Below are positions 45,370 through 46,854 of a stretch of 46,854 nt of DNA, one piece after another (position 1 is the first letter of the stretch; each line of letters opens with the position of its first letter). The notes beneath the pieces were generated by a model. It ran no database searches, was not told where the DNA came from, and saw only the letters and a list, made by a program, of their open reading frames with translations. The stretch is taken from NCBI GenBank assembly GCA_029548485.1, contig JAKPNH010000011.1, forward strand, positions 1 to 46,854, read 5' to 3'. This DNA comes from a bacterium (GTDB lineage: Bacteria > Patescibacteriota > Minisyncoccia > UBA6257 > Colwellbacteraceae). The translations under genes and the position numbers were made by a program.

Positions 45370-46854
45370 TCAATATTGCGGCCATTGGCCTTCGCGGAAC
45401 AAGGTAAAAGCTTTTACGATTTCTCCGAAGAGGCTATCGATCCCTTTGAAGGTGCCTGCCGGAGGCCCCTCCTCCCGTATTCCCGCTCCGAACACCCTCA
45501 CCAAAGCCTCTTCGGGGTCAGAGTCGAGAAAACAAGAAGGATCGGGAACGGAAACGTCGTCTTTGTTCCTGCAGATCAAGGAATAGTTGGTGGTTATCTG
45601 AGGAATCGCTCTTTCTTCTCCCTGGGAAAGCAAAGGGTTGGTTCCGGTTCTTGAGGAAGAATCTCCGGAAACGATACTCATATTGCAGGAAAGAGCCGTC
45701 TTGGAACCGAGATAATCAGCCGAAGCATTCCATTCAAGGGTGGAATACTTCCTTAGCCCTATTTCCCCGGAAGAATAGAGGATGTCTGTCGGATTCGAGG
45801 AGAATTCGTTGATGGTGGGTTTTCCGACGACGCGGACTTCGGTTTTTCTCGAACGTGAAGCGGAATGGTCGGAACAATCGCGATCGGTTCCGATAACATC
45901 TCTTTTGCAGTTTTGTCCGTTGACGTCGCAATCGTAAGGCTCTCCGTAAACATCGGTATAGGTGCAGCACTCGTAATCGAGTTCGCATTGTATTCCGTAT
46001 TCGGTGGTTCTTGCGGGATTCACGTCTTCCTGACCTCCGGAAGAAGTCTTCGTAGTCCAGTTCCCGCAAAGAGAGCGGCAAGTGATTTCTTGGTTTTCTT
46101 TTGTTTCTCCAGGGCCGCAGCTTGCGGAAGAAGCAGCGTTCCAGGTGATGGTTGCCTGGTTATCCGTGGCGGTAACGCAGTGATTCTCGTTGTCTTGGAC
46201 GGTAAGAGTGAGTCCGGAGCCGGTATCGGACGGAAGATTGCAGGATTCACCTCCGGAGGTGCGGCAGGAGGACATGCAAGAATTCAAAAAATCATAGCAA
46301 GTTCCGTATTTGGCTTTGCATTGATCTTCCGATTCGAACTTCGTGCTTAAACAACTGTAAACCGGATCGCAACGATAGAACTGCTTAAGACTGCCCTCGC
46401 ATTCTTCTTTGGTGGCATAGCAGATTCCAAAGGTTTCTTCACATTCAGCTTGATTCTCGAAAGATCCTGCGAAGACGCAAGAATTAAGGTCGGGATCAAA
46501 ACGCCAGAATCCGATTCCGGAAACCGTTCCCTCCGGACAATCCCTGTATTCCGTATCGTTCGGCCCGAAACACTCGAACCCGGTCCCGGCCACGCATTCC
46601 TCGTGACTCGTATACTTGCCTTTCTGGGGAACAAGAGTTTTGTCTTCGCAGGTATAGACATCTCTGCAAAGGTATAAACATTTTTCCTGGGAAATGTCTT
46701 TTCTAAGGGTTTTATCATCCAAGCGAATGGAAGCGAGAACCGGAGAAACACCAAGTTCTTCGAGAGTTCCGTATTTACAGTTTTGCGATAAATCACAAAA
46801 AAGAGGAGCGGTAGGATCAGGCGGAGGAGGTGGATTACAGATATTGGCGCATTC
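45370..46854 (-). CDS. Cys-rich protein with two Ig-like repeat modules, C-terminal part. The ORF is open to the right window edge.
   Basis: The track ORF (TTG at 46722) stays open in frame for 44 more codons to base 46854 (ECANICNPPPPPDPTAPLFCDLSQNCKYG...). I count 30 Cys in the 450-aa part by eye. Repeat signatures: ATITWNAASSASC...TTEYGIQC and STLEWNAS...LSC...TTNYSLIC. Confidence 0.7.
   Translation of the reverse strand, partial: ECANICNPPPPPDPTAPLFCDLSQNCKYGTLEELGVSPVLASIRLDDKTLRKDISQEKCLYLCRDVYTCEDKTLVPQKGKYTSHEECVAGTGFECFGPNDTEYRDCPEGTVSGIGFWRFDPDLNSCVFAGSFENQAECEETFGICYATKEECEGSLKQFYRCDPVYSCLSTKFESEDQCKAKYGTCYDFLNSCMSSCRTSGGESCNLPSDTGSGLTLTVQDNENHCVTATDNQATITWNAASSASCGPGETKENQEITCRSLCGNWTTKTSSGGQEDVNPARTTEYGIQCELDYECCTYTDVYGEPYDCDVNGQNCKRDVIGTDRDCSDHSASRSRKTEVRVVGKPTINEFSSNPTDILYSSGEIGLRKYSTLEWNASADYLGSKTALSCNMSIVSGDSSSRTGTNPLLSQGEERAIPQITTNYSLICRNKDDVSVPDPSCFLDSDPEEALVRVFGAGIREEGPPAGTFKGIDSLFGEIVKAFTLFREGQWPQY

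Noticed and set aside
1-46854. CRISPR arrays, IS elements, prophage or toxin-antitoxin pairs
   Set aside because: I saw no regularly spaced direct repeats, no transposase, integrase or Cas-like ORFs, and no small paired ORFs typical of TA loci. The only repeats noticed are trivial ones, such as ctatcct x2 at 21024-21037 and ccgatag x2 at 10477-10504.

Overview
Compact ~47 kb stretch of a small-genome bacterium, coded almost entirely on the minus strand. It is most consistent with Candidate Phyla Radiation / Patescibacteria. That placement is an inference from four things: no uL30 gene between rpsE and rplO, stripped-down r-proteins and aminoacyl-tRNA synthetases, ATGA-type start/stop overlaps, and the standard genetic code with TGA as stop. 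Content, left to right: a Cys-rich secreted protein running off the left edge; two membrane-anchored, possibly degenerate-LytM-like paralogues; pbp2-mreD?-mreC-mreB; proS; rseP; frr; holB; a second mreB; then map-adk-secY and the full spc/S10/str ribosomal cluster (rplO...rpsJ, tuf, fusA, rpsG, rpsL). After that come a small M50 protease, rpmB, tRNA-Pro(GGG) and an unclassified small structured RNA with its own promoter and terminator. The rest is ndk, a microprotein, aspS, a split ComEC, mnmA, efp, an orphan three-gene module (soluble VirD4/TraD-like ATPase, TM-anchored partner, sigma-region-4/HARE-HTH protein), tRNA-Lys(UUU), dnaJ, an unknown polytopic membrane protein, dnaK, grpE, then on the plus strand cysS-dnaB-recR, then rplU, a small membrane protein, and a second Cys-rich protein running off the right edge. 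No CRISPR array, transposase, integrase or rRNA was seen. The most interesting items are the orphan coupling-protein-like module, the unclassified sRNA gene, the Cys-rich secreted proteins at both edges (in frame with each other if the ends are joined), a 64-aa truncated uL15 with uL29 and uL30 missing from their slots, and a recurring promoter geometry implying leaderless mRNAs. All calls come from reading the sequence and the ORF translations by eye; no database search was run.
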